Assembly: GCF_048403405.1 (NCBI RefSeq)
Contig: NZ_CP183129.1
Origin: Escherichia coli
GTDB taxonomy: Bacteria; Pseudomonadota; Gammaproteobacteria; Enterobacterales; Enterobacteriaceae
DNA length: 64,000 nucleotides
Reading direction: 5' to 3' (one strand)
A model generated the notes under the pieces. It did no database searches. It was not told where the DNA came from and was given only the letters and a program-made list of their open reading frames with translations. The stretch's first letter is position 1. Every line of letters begins with the position of its first letter. A program made the translations under genes and the position numbers. This document shows, piece by piece, positions 25,368 to 35,655 of this stretch.

Positions 25368-26567
25368 TCAAATCTGTCGTAACTGCGCCTCAACATACAA
25401 ATAGCCAATCCCCAGCACCTGTTGTGCGCGGCTTAATTGCCCAAAGCCAATTTTCGTCTCTTTCACGCTCGGTCCTTCGTCGCGGTCGAACGGGTTAAAT
25501 CCCGTCTGGCGAATAATGGTATTAAGCCAGTGCTCACCAAAGGCACAACTGCGACCGTACAACCAAATCTGATTAATATTGAGGATGTTGAGGAAGTTAT
25601 ACAGACTCAAACCAATGGCATTGGCAGAGCGATCAACCCAGCTGGTGATCCACGGTTCTCCACTCTGCCAGGCAGCGATTAACTGCGCTGTTGTCAGTTT
25701 TTCAGGATCAAGCTGAGTATTAACCGGTTGTGATTTTAGCCATACCCGCGCCTGTTTTTTTAATGCGCTTAACGAGGCGACGGTTTCCAGGCAACCATAA
25801 CGTCCGCAGTCGCAGACGACGCCATCCGGATTAACGATGGTGTGACCAATCTGTCCGCTACCATACAAACAGCCGCGATAAATTTGCTCGTTAATCACGA
25901 ACGACGAGCCAATGCCGTAATCAACGTTGATCACGCAGAAATCCCGTTCCTGCGAATTATTTTGCCATTTCTCCGCCAGCGCCAGCATCACGCAGTCATT
26001 ATCGACCATCACCCGAATGCCGAGCTTCTCTTCCAGCAGATACTTTACCTCAACCGGCGTTGTCCACGGCGCTTGCGGCATGGTTTGCGACACGCCGGTC
26101 ACCGGATCAACCTGACCGTGGATTGCCAGCGCCAGGTTGATGGTACGGTCCGGCCACAATTTACGGTGGCGATGCCAGCATTTTTCGATTTCGGACAGCA
26201 GCGCCTGCGGCGTCGGTGCATCAATCTGTAAATACTCAAATTCACCTTTCGGACTTAAACAGGCGTTAGCGACCTGACACTCAATACTGGTGGGCGTCAC
26301 GTTCAGGCACAGCGTCCAGTCACCTTCCGGCGCAATCAGCCATGTACCGCTACTATGCCCGCGCGTCTGGCTTTCATCGTCGATATTCACCACCCGTTTT
26401 TCGCTTTCCAGTTCCTGCAAAATATTACTGACCGCCGGAATCGAAATTTGCGCCAGCCGGGCCAGGGTTGATTTATTGGCGCGCTTTTGCCGGTACAGCA
26501 GTTCCAGAATCACGCATTTGTTATGGTGGCGAATCTGTTGATTATTAATGCAGGCTCTCATCTTCAC
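25368..26567 (-). CDS. yphH: ROK-family (NagC/Mlc-like) transcriptional regulator (399 aa)
   Basis: N-terminal HTH; ROK zinc motif CDCGRYGCLE; divergent from yphG. Confidence 0.85.
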   Translation of the reverse strand: MKMRACINNQQIRHHNKCVILELLYRQKRANKSTLARLAQISIPAVSNILQELESEKRVVNIDDESQTRGHSSGTWLIAPEGDWTLCLNVTPTSIECQVANACLSPKGEFEYLQIDAPTPQALLSEIEKCWHRHRKLWPDRTINLALAIHGQVDPVTGVSQTMPQAPWTTPVEVKYLLEEKLGIRVMVDNDCVMLALAEKWQNNSQERDFCVINVDYGIGSSFVINEQIYRGCLYGSGQIGHTIVNPDGVVCDCGRYGCLETVASLSALKKQARVWLKSQPVNTQLDPEKLTTAQLIAAWQSGEPWITSWVDRSANAIGLSLYNFLNILNINQIWLYGRSCAFGEHWLNTIIRQTGFNPFDRDEGPSVKETKIGFGQLSRAQQVLGIGYLYVEAQLRQI

Positions 26568-26678
26568 TAAACCTTGTTTAGTTAATTGCGTGATTATTCC
26601 GCGAAAACATTGCCAGATTGTTCAATACACTGCCACAAATCTTTTAATTCAGTATGTCTTGTTAATATTGAGGGCACC

Positions 26679-29600
26679 ATGACTCCAGTAAAAGTGTGGC
26701 AAGAGCGCGTTGAGATCCCGACCTATGAAACCGGGCCGCAGGATATACATCCCATGTTCCTGGAAAATCGCGTTTATCAGGGATCGTCCGGCGCGGTTTA
26801 TCCCTACGGCGTGACCGATACGCTGAGCGAGCAGAAAACCCTGAAATCCTGGCAGGCGGTGTGGCTGGAAAACGACTACATCAAAGTGATGATCCTGCCG
26901 GAACTGGGCGGTCGGGTGCATCGCGCGTGGGATAAAGTGAAACAGCGCGATTTTGTCTATCACAATGAAGTCATTAAACCGGCGCTGGTGGGGCTGCTGG
27001 GACCGTGGATCTCCGGCGGGATTGAGTTTAACTGGCCGCAACACCATCGCCCGACCACCTTTATGCCCGTTGATTTCACCCTCGAAGCCCATGAAGACGG
27101 CGCACAGACGGTGTGGGTAGGCGAAACGGAGCCGATGCATGGTTTACAGGTGATGACAGGTTTCACCCTGCGTCCTGACCGGGCGGCGCTGGAAATCGCC
27201 AGCCGCGTCTATAACGGCAACGCCACGCCGCGTCATTTCTTGTGGTGGGCCAACCCGGCAGTGAAAGGGGGTGAAGGGCATCAGAGCGTTTTCCCACCGG
27301 ATGTGACTGCGGTGTTTGATCACGGCAAACGGGCCGTCTCTGCTTTCCCCATCGCCACCGGCACTTACTACAAAGTGGACTACTCCGCTGGAGTGGACAT
27401 TTCTCGCTATAAAAATGTGCCTGTTCCAACCTCATATATGGCTGAAAAATCACAGTACGATTTTGTTGGCGCGTGGTGTCACGATGAAGATGGCGGTTTG
27501 CTGCACGTTGCCAACCACCATATTGCGCCAGGTAAAAAACAGTGGAGTTGGGGACACAGTGAATTTGGCCAGGCGTGGGATAAGAGTCTGACCGACAATA
27601 ACGGCCCGTATATCGAACTGATGACCGGTATTTTTGCCGATAACCAGCCTGATTTTACCTGGCTTGATGCGTACGAAGAGAAGCGTTTCGAGCAGTATTT
27701 CCTGCCTTATCATTCTCTGGGCATGGTGCAAAATGCCTCCCGCGATGCGGTGATAAAACTCCAGCGTAGTGAGCGGGGGATTGAGTGGGGGCTGTATGCC
27801 ATCTCTCCGTTGAAAGGATACCGTCTGGCGATCCGCGAAATCGGCAAATGCAACGCGTTACTCGATGATGCCGTGGCCCTGACACCAGCGACCGCCATCC
27901 AGGGCGTGTTGCACGGTATCAATCCTGACAGACTGACCATTGAACTCTCCGATGCCGACGGCAATATTGTACTGAGTTATCAGGAACATCAGCCGCAAGA
28001 GTTGCCGTTGCCGGACGTCGCCAAAGCGCCACTGGCAGCACAAGACATTACCAGTACAGATGAAGCCTGGTTTATCGGTCAGCATCTGGAGCAATATCAT
28101 CACGCCAGCCGTTCACCGTTCGATTACTACCTGCGCGGCGTGGCGCTGGATCCGCTGGATTATCGCTGTAACCTGGCGCTGGCGATGCTGGAATATAACC
28201 GCGCCGATTTCCCGCAAGCGGTGGCGTATGCCACTCAGGCGCTGAAACGCGCACATGCGCTGAACAAAAATCCGCAGTGCGGACAGGCGAGTTTGATTCG
28301 CGCCAGTGCTTACGAACGTCAGGGACAATATCAACAAGCCGAAGAGGATTTCTGGCGTGCGGTCTGGAGCGGCAACAGTAAAGCCGGAGGCTATTATGGT
28401 CTGGCACGACTGGCGGCGCGTAATGGTAACTTCGACGCGGGTCTGGATTTTTGCCAACAAAGTCTTCGCGCCTGCCCAACCAATCAGGAAGTGCTTTGCC
28501 TGCATAATCTGCTGCTGGTGTTAAGTGGTCGTCAGGACAACGCGCGTTTGCAGCGCGAGAAACTGCTGCGCGATTATCCGCTGAACGCCACTCTGTGGTG
28601 GCTGAACTGGTTCGATGGTCGTAGCGAATCAGCTCTCGCGCAGTGGCGCGGTCTGTGTCAGGGACGCGACGTTAACGCCCTGATGACCGCCGGGCAACTG
28701 ATTAACTGGGGAATGCCCACCCTGGCGGCAGAGATGCTGAACGCACTGGACTGCCAGCGCACGCTGCCGCTTTACCTGCAAGCCAGCTTGCTGCCGAAAG
28801 CCGAACGTGGCGAACTGGTCGCAAAAGCCATTGATGTCTTCCCGCAGTTTGTCCGTTTCCCGAATACGCTGGAAGAAGTGGCGGCGCTGGAGAGTATTGA
28901 AGAGTGCTGGTTTGCCCGTCATTTATTGGCCTGCTTCTACTACAACAAGCGTAGCTACGGCAAAGCCATTGCCTTATGGCAACGTTGCGTAGAGATGTCG
29001 CCGGAGTTTGCCGACGGCTGGCGCGGGTTAGCGATCCATGCGTGGAATAAGCAACACGATTATGAGCTGGCCGCGCGTTATCTTGATAATGCTTATCAGC
29101 TTGCGCCGCAGGATGCACGTCTGCTTTTCGAACGGGATTTGCTGGATAAGTTAAGTGGAGCCACACCGGAGAAACGACTGGCGCGTCTGGAAAATAATCT
29201 GGAAATTGCGCTGAAACGCGACGACATGACCGCAGAACTGCTCAATTTGTGGCATCTCACGGGTCAGGCAGACAAAGCGGCGGACATTCTCGCCACGCGC
29301 AAATTCCACCCGTGGGAAGGCGGGGAAGGGAAGATCACCAGTCAGTTTATCCTCAACCAGTTATTACGCGCCTGGCAGCATCTTGATGCCAGAGAGCCGC
29401 AGCAGGCCAGCGAACTGCTTCATGCCGCGCTGCATTATCCGGAGAATTTAAGCGAAGGCCGTTTACCGGGGCAAACTGATAACGACATCTGGTTCTGGCA
29501 GGCGATATGCGCCAACGCGCAGGGCGATGAAACTGAAGCGACGCGTTGTTTACGTCTGGCGGCGACTGGCGATCGCACCATTAACATTCACAGTTATTAC

Positions 29601-29960
29601 AACGATCAGCCGGTTGATTATCTCTTCTGGCAAGGAATGGCGCTGCGACTGCTGGGTGAACAGCAAACCGCACAGCAACTGTTTAGTGAAATGAAACAGT
29701 GGGCGCAAGAGATGGCGAAAACCAGTATTGAGGCGGATTTCTTTGCTGTTTCACAACCTGACCTGTTATCGCTGTATGGCGATTTACAACAGCAGCATAA
29801 AGAAAAATGCCTGATGGTGGCGATGCTGGCGTCCGCGGGACTCGGGGAGGTTGCGCACTATGAATCTGCTCGCGCTGAATTGACGGCGATTAATCCGGCC
29901 TGGCCGAAAGCGGCATTATTCACCACTGTGATGCCTTTTATTTTTAACCGCGTTCACTAA
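26679..29960 (+). CDS. yphG: large uncharacterised protein with a C-terminal TPR-like repeat region (1093 aa from ATG 26679; 1124 aa if ATG 26586 is used)
   Basis: ORF 26586..29960; the 26679 ATG has GAGGG 6 nt upstream and leaves room for divergent promoters; no signal peptide or transmembrane segment seen. Confidence 0.8.
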   Translation: MTPVKVWQERVEIPTYETGPQDIHPMFLENRVYQGSSGAVYPYGVTDTLSEQKTLKSWQAVWLENDYIKVMILPELGGRVHRAWDKVKQRDFVYHNEVIKPALVGLLGPWISGGIEFNWPQHHRPTTFMPVDFTLEAHEDGAQTVWVGETEPMHGLQVMTGFTLRPDRAALEIASRVYNGNATPRHFLWWANPAVKGGEGHQSVFPPDVTAVFDHGKRAVSAFPIATGTYYKVDYSAGVDISRYKNVPVPTSYMAEKSQYDFVGAWCHDEDGGLLHVANHHIAPGKKQWSWGHSEFGQAWDKSLTDNNGPYIELMTGIFADNQPDFTWLDAYEEKRFEQYFLPYHSLGMVQNASRDAVIKLQRSERGIEWGLYAISPLKGYRLAIREIGKCNALLDDAVALTPATAIQGVLHGINPDRLTIELSDADGNIVLSYQEHQPQELPLPDVAKAPLAAQDITSTDEAWFIGQHLEQYHHASRSPFDYYLRGVALDPLDYRCNLALAMLEYNRADFPQAVAYATQALKRAHALNKNPQCGQASLIRASAYERQGQYQQAEEDFWRAVWSGNSKAGGYYGLARLAARNGNFDAGLDFCQQSLRACPTNQEVLCLHNLLLVLSGRQDNARLQREKLLRDYPLNATLWWLNWFDGRSESALAQWRGLCQGRDVNALMTAGQLINWGMPTLAAEMLNALDCQRTLPLYLQASLLPKAERGELVAKAIDVFPQFVRFPNTLEEVAALESIEECWFARHLLACFYYNKRSYGKAIALWQRCVEMSPEFADGWRGLAIHAWNKQHDYELAARYLDNAYQLAPQDARLLFERDLLDKLSGATPEKRLARLENNLEIALKRDDMTAELLNLWHLTGQADKAADILATRKFHPWEGGEGKITSQFILNQLLRAWQHLDAREPQQASELLHAALHYPENLSEGRLPGQTDNDIWFWQAICANAQGDETEATRCLRLAATGDRTINIHSYYNDQPVDYLFWQGMALRLLGEQQTAQQLFSEMKQWAQEMAKTSIEADFFAVSQPDLLSLYGDLQQQHKEKCLMVAMLASAGLGEVAHYESARAELTAINPAWPKAALFTTVMPFIFNRVH

Positions 29961-30056
29961 ACCCTATTAACTGTAATATTTGAGCGGCACGCGCTGCCGC
30001 TCATCACAAAATAATTAGAATAAGCCGTTGTAAATAAAAACCCTACAGGAGGCACT

Positions 30057-31040
30057 ATGCCTAAAAAAATGAGAACAACCCGTAATCTATTATTAATGGC
30101 TACGCTATTAGGTAGCGCTCTATTTGCCAGGGCAGCGGATAAAGAAATGACCATTGGTGCAATATACCTTGATACCCAGGGATATTACGCTGGCGTGCGT
30201 CAGGGCGTTCAGGATGCGGCAAAAGATTCTTCAGTACAGGTACAGTTAATTGAAACTAACGCCCAGGGCGATATTTCGAAAGAAAGTACTTTTGTAGATA
30301 CCCTCGTGGCGCGTAATGTCGATGCCATTATTTTATCGGCAGTATCTGAAAATGGCAGTAGCCGTACCGTTCGTCGCGCCAGTGAAGCGGGTATTCCGGT
30401 GATTTGCTACAACACCTGTATTAATCAAAAGGGTGTCGATAAATATGTCTCGGCATATCTGGTTGGTGACCCGCTGGAATTTGGTAAAAAACTGGGTAAC
30501 GCTGCCGCCGATTATTTTATTGCCAACAAAATTGACCAGCCGAAAATTGCCGTCATCAATTGCGAAGCCTTTGAAGTTTGTGTGCAACGACGTAAAGGGT
30601 TTGAAGAAGTATTAAAAGCCCGCGTTCCCGGCGCGCAAATTGTCGCTAATCAGGAAGGGACTGTTTTAGATAAAGCGATTTCCGTTGGTGAAAAACTAAT
30701 TATCTCCACGTCGGATCTCAACGCCATTATGGGGGAATCGGGCGGTGCGACACTCGGCGCGGTAAAAGCGGTACGTAATCAAAATCAGGCCGGAAAAATT
30801 GCTGTTTTCGGTTCGGATATGACCACTGAAATTGCTCAGGAGCTGGAAAACAATCAGGTGCTGAAAGCGGTGGTGGATATTTCCGGTAAGAAAATGGGCA
30901 ATGCTGTTTTCGCGCAAACTTTGAAGGTTATCAATAAACAAGCCGACGGTGAAAAAGTGATTCAGGTGCCAATCGATCTCTATACCAAAACGGAAGACGG
31001 TAAACAGTGGCTGGCAACGCACGTTGATGGTCTGCCCTAA
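30057..31040 (+). CDS. yphF: ABC transporter periplasmic sugar-binding protein (327 aa)
   Basis: Signal peptide MPKKMRTTRNLLLMATLLGSALFARA; type I periplasmic binding fold; SD AGGAGG upstream. Confidence 0.85.
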   Translation: MPKKMRTTRNLLLMATLLGSALFARAADKEMTIGAIYLDTQGYYAGVRQGVQDAAKDSSVQVQLIETNAQGDISKESTFVDTLVARNVDAIILSAVSENGSSRTVRRASEAGIPVICYNTCINQKGVDKYVSAYLVGDPLEFGKKLGNAAADYFIANKIDQPKIAVINCEAFEVCVQRRKGFEEVLKARVPGAQIVANQEGTVLDKAISVGEKLIISTSDLNAIMGESGGATLGAVKAVRNQNQAGKIAVFGSDMTTEIAQELENNQVLKAVVDISGKKMGNAVFAQTLKVINKQADGEKVIQVPIDLYTKTEDGKQWLATHVDGLP

Positions 31041-31062
31041 TCGCTGATTCGCAGAGGTCCCT

Positions 31063-32574
31063 ATGTTCACGGCAACAGAGGCAGTCCCGGTAGCAAAAGT
31101 GGTGGCAGGAAATAAGCGTTATCCCGGCGTCGTTGCGTTGGATAACGTTAACTTCACGCTCAATAAAGGCGAAGTTCGTGCGCTGTTAGGCAAAAACGGC
31201 GCGGGCAAATCGACCCTCATTCGAATGCTTACCGGCAGTGAACGTCCGGATAGCGGTGATATCTGGATTGGCGAGACGCGACTGGAAGGTGACGAAGCTA
31301 CGTTGACTCGCCGTGCCGCTGAACTGGGGGTTCGTGCGGTTTATCAGGAGTTAAGTCTGGTGGAGGGACTGACGGTGGCGGAAAACCTCTGCCTCGGTCA
31401 GTGGCCCCGCCGCAACGGCATGATTGATTACCTGCAAATGGCGCAGGATGCCCAACGTTGCTTACAGGCGCTGGGCGTTGACGTTAGCCCTGAACAACTT
31501 GTTTCAACGCTAAGCCCGGCACAAAAGCAACTGGTGGAAATTGCGCGGGTGATGAAGGGCGAGCCGCGCGTGGTCATTCTTGATGAACCTACCAGTTCGC
31601 TTGCCAGTGCGGAAGTTGAACTGGTGATCAGTGCGGTTAAAAAGATGTCGGCACTGGGCGTGGCGGTGATTTATGTCAGCCACCGGATGGAAGAAATCCG
31701 CCGCATTGCCTCCTGTGCCACCGTTATGCGCGATGGTCAGGTGGCGGGCGATGTGATGCTCGAAAACACCTCCACGCATCATATTGTGTCGCTAATGCTC
31801 GGGCGCGATCACGTTGATATTGCGCCGGTTGCCCCTCAGGAAATTGTCGATCAGGCTGTGCTGGTAGTCCGTGCGTTACGCCATAAGCCCAAGCTGGAGG
31901 ATATCAGCTTTACGCTACGTCGTGGCGAAGTACTCGGCATTGCTGGCCTGCTGGGGGCAGGGCGCAGTGAATTGCTGAAGGCGATTGTTGGGCTGGAGAC
32001 GTATGAACAGGGCGAAATTGTTATCAACGGCGAGAAAATCACGCGCCCCGATTACGGCGACATGCTGAAACGCGGCATTGGCTATACGCCAGAAAACCGC
32101 AAAGAAGCGGGGATCATTCCCTGGCTGGGCGTTGACGAAAATACAGTGCTGACCAATCGGCAAAAAATCAGCGCCAACGGTGTGCTGCAATGGTCCACCA
32201 TCCGCCGCCTGACCGAAGAGGTGATGCAGCGGATGACGGTCAAGGCCGCCAGTAGCGAAACGCCCATCGGCACGCTTTCTGGCGGCAATCAGCAAAAAGT
32301 GGTGATCGGTCGTTGGGTCTATGCCGCCAGCCAGATTTTGTTGCTCGACGAGCCAACGCGTGGCGTCGATATCGAAGCCAAACAGCAGATTTACCGTATT
32401 GTCCGCGAGCTGGCTGCCGAAGGAAAAAGTGTGGTGTTTATCTCCAGTGAAGTGGAGGAGTTGCCGCTGGTGTGTGACCGCATCCTGTTATTACAGCACG
32501 GTACGTTCTCGCAGGAGTTTCACTCGCCGGTCAATGTGGATGAGCTGATGTCCGCCATTCTGTCTGTGCACTGA
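31063..32574 (+). CDS. yphE: sugar ABC transporter ATP-binding protein, duplicated ABC domains (503 aa)
   Basis: Walker A GKNGAGKST, a second ABC domain and signature LSGGNQQK. Confidence 0.9.
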   Translation: MFTATEAVPVAKVVAGNKRYPGVVALDNVNFTLNKGEVRALLGKNGAGKSTLIRMLTGSERPDSGDIWIGETRLEGDEATLTRRAAELGVRAVYQELSLVEGLTVAENLCLGQWPRRNGMIDYLQMAQDAQRCLQALGVDVSPEQLVSTLSPAQKQLVEIARVMKGEPRVVILDEPTSSLASAEVELVISAVKKMSALGVAVIYVSHRMEEIRRIASCATVMRDGQVAGDVMLENTSTHHIVSLMLGRDHVDIAPVAPQEIVDQAVLVVRALRHKPKLEDISFTLRRGEVLGIAGLLGAGRSELLKAIVGLETYEQGEIVINGEKITRPDYGDMLKRGIGYTPENRKEAGIIPWLGVDENTVLTNRQKISANGVLQWSTIRRLTEEVMQRMTVKAASSETPIGTLSGGNQQKVVIGRWVYAASQILLLDEPTRGVDIEAKQQIYRIVRELAAEGKSVVFISSEVEELPLVCDRILLLQHGTFSQEFHSPVNVDELMSAILSVH

Positions 32575-32598
32575 TGAATTTTACCGAGGAACCTGAAG

Positions 32599-33597
32599 AT
32601 GTCTGCTTCGTCATTACCATTGCCGCAGGGCAAGAGCGTCTCGCTCAAACAATTTGTCAGTCGCCATATTAATGAGATCGGTTTGCTGGTGGTGATCGCC
32701 ATTCTTTATCTGGTCTTCTCTCTGAACGCGCCGGGTTTTATCTCATTGAATAACCAGATGAACGTGCTGCGCGATGCCGCCACCATTGGGATTGCCGCCT
32801 GGGCGATGACGCTGATTATTATCTCCGGAGAAATTGATGTCAGCGTTGGGCCGATGGTGGCTTTTGTCTCGGTGTGCCTGGCATTTTTGCTGCAATTTGA
32901 AGTTCCGCTGGCGATAGCTTGTCTGCTGGTGTTGCTGTTAGGCGCGCTGATGGGAACGCTGGCCGGGGTGCTGCGCGGCGTGTTTAACGTGCCAAGTTTT
33001 GTTGCCACGCTGGGTTTATGGAGCGCCCTGCGCGGAATGGGGCTGTTTATGACGAACGCCTTGCCAGTGCCGATTGACGAAAACGAAGTGCTGGACTGGC
33101 TGGGGGGACAATTTCTCGGTGTGCCGGTATCCGCGCTGATCATGATGGTGTTGTTTGCGCTGTTTGTGTTCATCAGCCGCAAAACCGCCTTCGGGCGCTC
33201 GGTTTTTGCTGTTGGCGGTAATGCCACTGCAGCACAGTTGTGCGGTATTAACGTTCGTCGGGTACGCATTCTTATTTTTACCCTTTCGGGATTATTAGCG
33301 GCGGTGACCGGCATTTTGTTGGCGGCGCGCCTCGGTTCCGGTAACGCAGGTGCCGCAAACGGTCTGGAGTTTGACGTCATCGCCGCGGTCGTGGTTGGCG
33401 GTACGGCGCTTTCCGGTGGTCGCGGCTCGTTGTTCGGTACGCTGCTTGGCGTACTGGTGATTACGCTAATCGGTAACGGTCTGGTGCTGCTCGGGATTAA
33501 CTCCTTTTTCCAGCAGGTGGTGCGCGGCGTCATCATCGTGGTGGCGGTGCTGGCGAATATCTTGCTGACTCAGCGAAGCAGTAAAGCGAAACGCTAA
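32599..33597 (+). CDS. yphD: sugar ABC transporter permease (332 aa)
   Basis: Polytopic hydrophobic protein of the RbsC/AraH-like permease type immediately after yphE. Confidence 0.85.
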   Translation: MSASSLPLPQGKSVSLKQFVSRHINEIGLLVVIAILYLVFSLNAPGFISLNNQMNVLRDAATIGIAAWAMTLIIISGEIDVSVGPMVAFVSVCLAFLLQFEVPLAIACLLVLLLGALMGTLAGVLRGVFNVPSFVATLGLWSALRGMGLFMTNALPVPIDENEVLDWLGGQFLGVPVSALIMMVLFALFVFISRKTAFGRSVFAVGGNATAAQLCGINVRRVRILIFTLSGLLAAVTGILLAARLGSGNAGAANGLEFDVIAAVVVGGTALSGGRGSLFGTLLGVLVITLIGNGLVLLGINSFFQQVVRGVIIVVAVLANILLTQRSSKAKR

Positions 33598-33662
33598 ACC
33601 TTAACGCCCCTGGCGCGGGTGCGGCAGGGATGAAAATTAATCGTATTGTTAATGAGGGATTT

Positions 33663-34724
33663 ATGAAAACGATGCTGGCAGCTTATTTACCAGGAAATTC
33701 GACCGTCGATCTGCGGGAAGTTGCGGTGCCGACGCCGGGGATTAACCAGGTACTGATCAAAATGAAATCCTCCGGGATTTGCGGAAGTGATGTCCACTAT
33801 ATCTATCATCAACACCGTGCCACGGCAGCGGCACCCGATAAACCGTTATACCAGGGATTTATCAACGGTCATGAACCGTGCGGGCAAATTGTGGAGATGG
33901 GGCAAGGCTGCCGCCATTTTAAAGAGGGCGACCGCGTGCTGGTGTATCACATTTCTGGCTGTGGTTTTTGCCCGAACTGCCGCCGCGGCTTTCCTATCTC
34001 TTGTACTGGCAAAGGAAAAGCGGCTTACGGCTGGCAGCGTGACGGCGGCCATGCTGAATACCTGCTGGCGGAAGAAAAAGATCTGATCCTGCTCCCGGAC
34101 GCGCTGAGCTATGAAGATGGTGCGTTTATCAGTTGCGGCGTTGGTACAGCGTATGAAGGGATTTTGCGCGGCGAAGTTTCCGGCAGTGATAACGTGCTGG
34201 TGGTCGGTCTGGGGCCGGTCGGCATGATGGCGATGATGCTGGCGAAAGGTCGCGGTGCAAAACGGATCATCGGCGTTGATATGCTGCCGGAACGTCTGGC
34301 GATGGCGAAACAGTTAGGGGTGATGGATCACGGCTATTTAGCAACCACCGAAGGTCTGCCGCAGATTATCGCCGAACTCACCCACGGTGGCGCGGATGTT
34401 GCGCTCGATTGTTCCGGTAATGCCGCAGGTCGCTTACTGGCGTTGCAATCCACTGCTGACTGGGGACGGGTGGTTTACATCGGAGAAACCGGAAAAGTGG
34501 AGTTCGAGGTTAGCGCCGATCTGATGCATCATCAACGGCGGATTATTGGCTCCTGGGTAACCAGTTTGTTCCATATGGAAAAATGTGCCCACGATTTGAC
34601 TGACTGGAAACTGTGGCCGCGTAATGCCATTACCCATCGCTTCACGCTGGAACAGGCAGGAGATGCCTATGCGCTGATGGCGAGCGGTAAATGCGGGAAA
34701 GTTGTGATTAACTTCCCGGATTAA
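33663..34724 (+). CDS. yphC: Zn-dependent alcohol/polyol dehydrogenase family protein (353 aa)
   Basis: GHEPCG zinc-ligand motif and Rossmann GLGPVG; start chosen at MKTMLAAYLPG. Confidence 0.85.
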   Translation: MKTMLAAYLPGNSTVDLREVAVPTPGINQVLIKMKSSGICGSDVHYIYHQHRATAAAPDKPLYQGFINGHEPCGQIVEMGQGCRHFKEGDRVLVYHISGCGFCPNCRRGFPISCTGKGKAAYGWQRDGGHAEYLLAEEKDLILLPDALSYEDGAFISCGVGTAYEGILRGEVSGSDNVLVVGLGPVGMMAMMLAKGRGAKRIIGVDMLPERLAMAKQLGVMDHGYLATTEGLPQIIAELTHGGADVALDCSGNAAGRLLALQSTADWGRVVYIGETGKVEFEVSADLMHHQRRIIGSWVTSLFHMEKCAHDLTDWKLWPRNAITHRFTLEQAGDAYALMASGKCGKVVINFPD

Positions 34725-34735
34725 GGAGTCAGCGG

Positions 34736-35608
34736 ATGACCATCTATACGTTATCTCACGGGCCGCTAGAGCTGGACGTTTCTGACCGGGGCGGCGTCAT
34801 CGAAGGCTTCTGGCGTGACGCGACGCCGCTCTTACGTCCCGGTAAAAAAAGCGGTGTGGCAACCGATGCCTCTTGTTTTCCGCTGGTGCCGTTTGCAAAC
34901 CGGGTGAGCGGCAATCGTTTTGTCTGGCAGGGGCGTGAGTATCAACTGCAACCGAATGTTGAGTGGGATGCGCACTATCTGCACGGCGACGGCTGGCTGG
35001 GGCAGTGGCAATGTGTCTCGCGCAGCGAAGATAGCTTGTGTCTGGTGTATGAACATCGCAGCGGTGTTTATCACTATCGGGTAAGTCAGGCGTTTCATTT
35101 AACGGCAGATACGCTGACGGTGACGCTCTCTGTCACCAATCAAGGGGCAGAGACGCTGCCATTTGGTACCGGCTGGCATCCTTATTTTCCGTTGTCACCA
35201 CAAACGCGGATTCAGGCGCAGGCGAGCGGTTACTGGCTGGAGCGGGAGCAGTGGCTGGCGGGTGAGTTTTGCGAGCAGCTACCGCAGGAACTGGATTTCA
35301 ACCAGCTCGCGCCGTTGCCGCGCCAGTGGGTGAACAATGGTTTTGCCGGATGGAATGGTCAGGCTCGCATCGAGCAGCCGCAGGAGGGTTATGCCATCAT
35401 CATGGAAACGACGCCACCTGCACCATGTTATTTCATCTTTGTTTCCGACCCGGCGTTTGATAAAGGATATGCGTTTGATTTCTTCTGTCTGGAACCGATG
35501 AGCCATGCGCCGGATGACCATCATCGCCCGGAAGGTGGTGATCTCATTGCGCTTGCACCAGGGGAATCAACAACTTCAGAGATGTCGTTGCGGGTTGCGT
35601 TACTGTAA
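34736..35608 (+). CDS. yphB: aldose 1-epimerase (mutarotase)-like protein (290 aa)
   Basis: ORF 34736..35608 with conserved His/Glu pattern of the aldose-epimerase superfamily. Confidence 0.8.
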   Translation: MTIYTLSHGPLELDVSDRGGVIEGFWRDATPLLRPGKKSGVATDASCFPLVPFANRVSGNRFVWQGREYQLQPNVEWDAHYLHGDGWLGQWQCVSRSEDSLCLVYEHRSGVYHYRVSQAFHLTADTLTVTLSVTNQGAETLPFGTGWHPYFPLSPQTRIQAQASGYWLEREQWLAGEFCEQLPQELDFNQLAPLPRQWVNNGFAGWNGQARIEQPQEGYAIIMETTPPAPCYFIFVSDPAFDKGYAFDFFCLEPMSHAPDDHHRPEGGDLIALAPGESTTSEMSLRVALL

Positions 35609-35617
35609 TTTATAAAA

Positions 35618-35649
35618 TGCCGGATAAGGCGTTCACGCCGCATCCGGCA
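35618..35649. repeat. REP element between convergent yphB and yphA
   Basis: tgccggataaggcgttcacgccgcatccggca, a canonical REP palindrome. Confidence 0.6.
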
Positions 35650-35655
35650 TCTTTC

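Noticed and set aside
26586-26678. Longer (1124-aa) start for yphG
   Set aside because: It leaves only 18 bp between the divergent yphH and yphG starts; kept as an alternative because I cannot exclude it from sequence alone.
29961-30056. Hairpin gagcggcacgcgctgccgctc between yphG and yphF as a possible attenuator or riboswitch
   Set aside because: Short stem without a U-tract or alternative structure; more likely a partial terminator or processing site within the operon; insufficient evidence to call.
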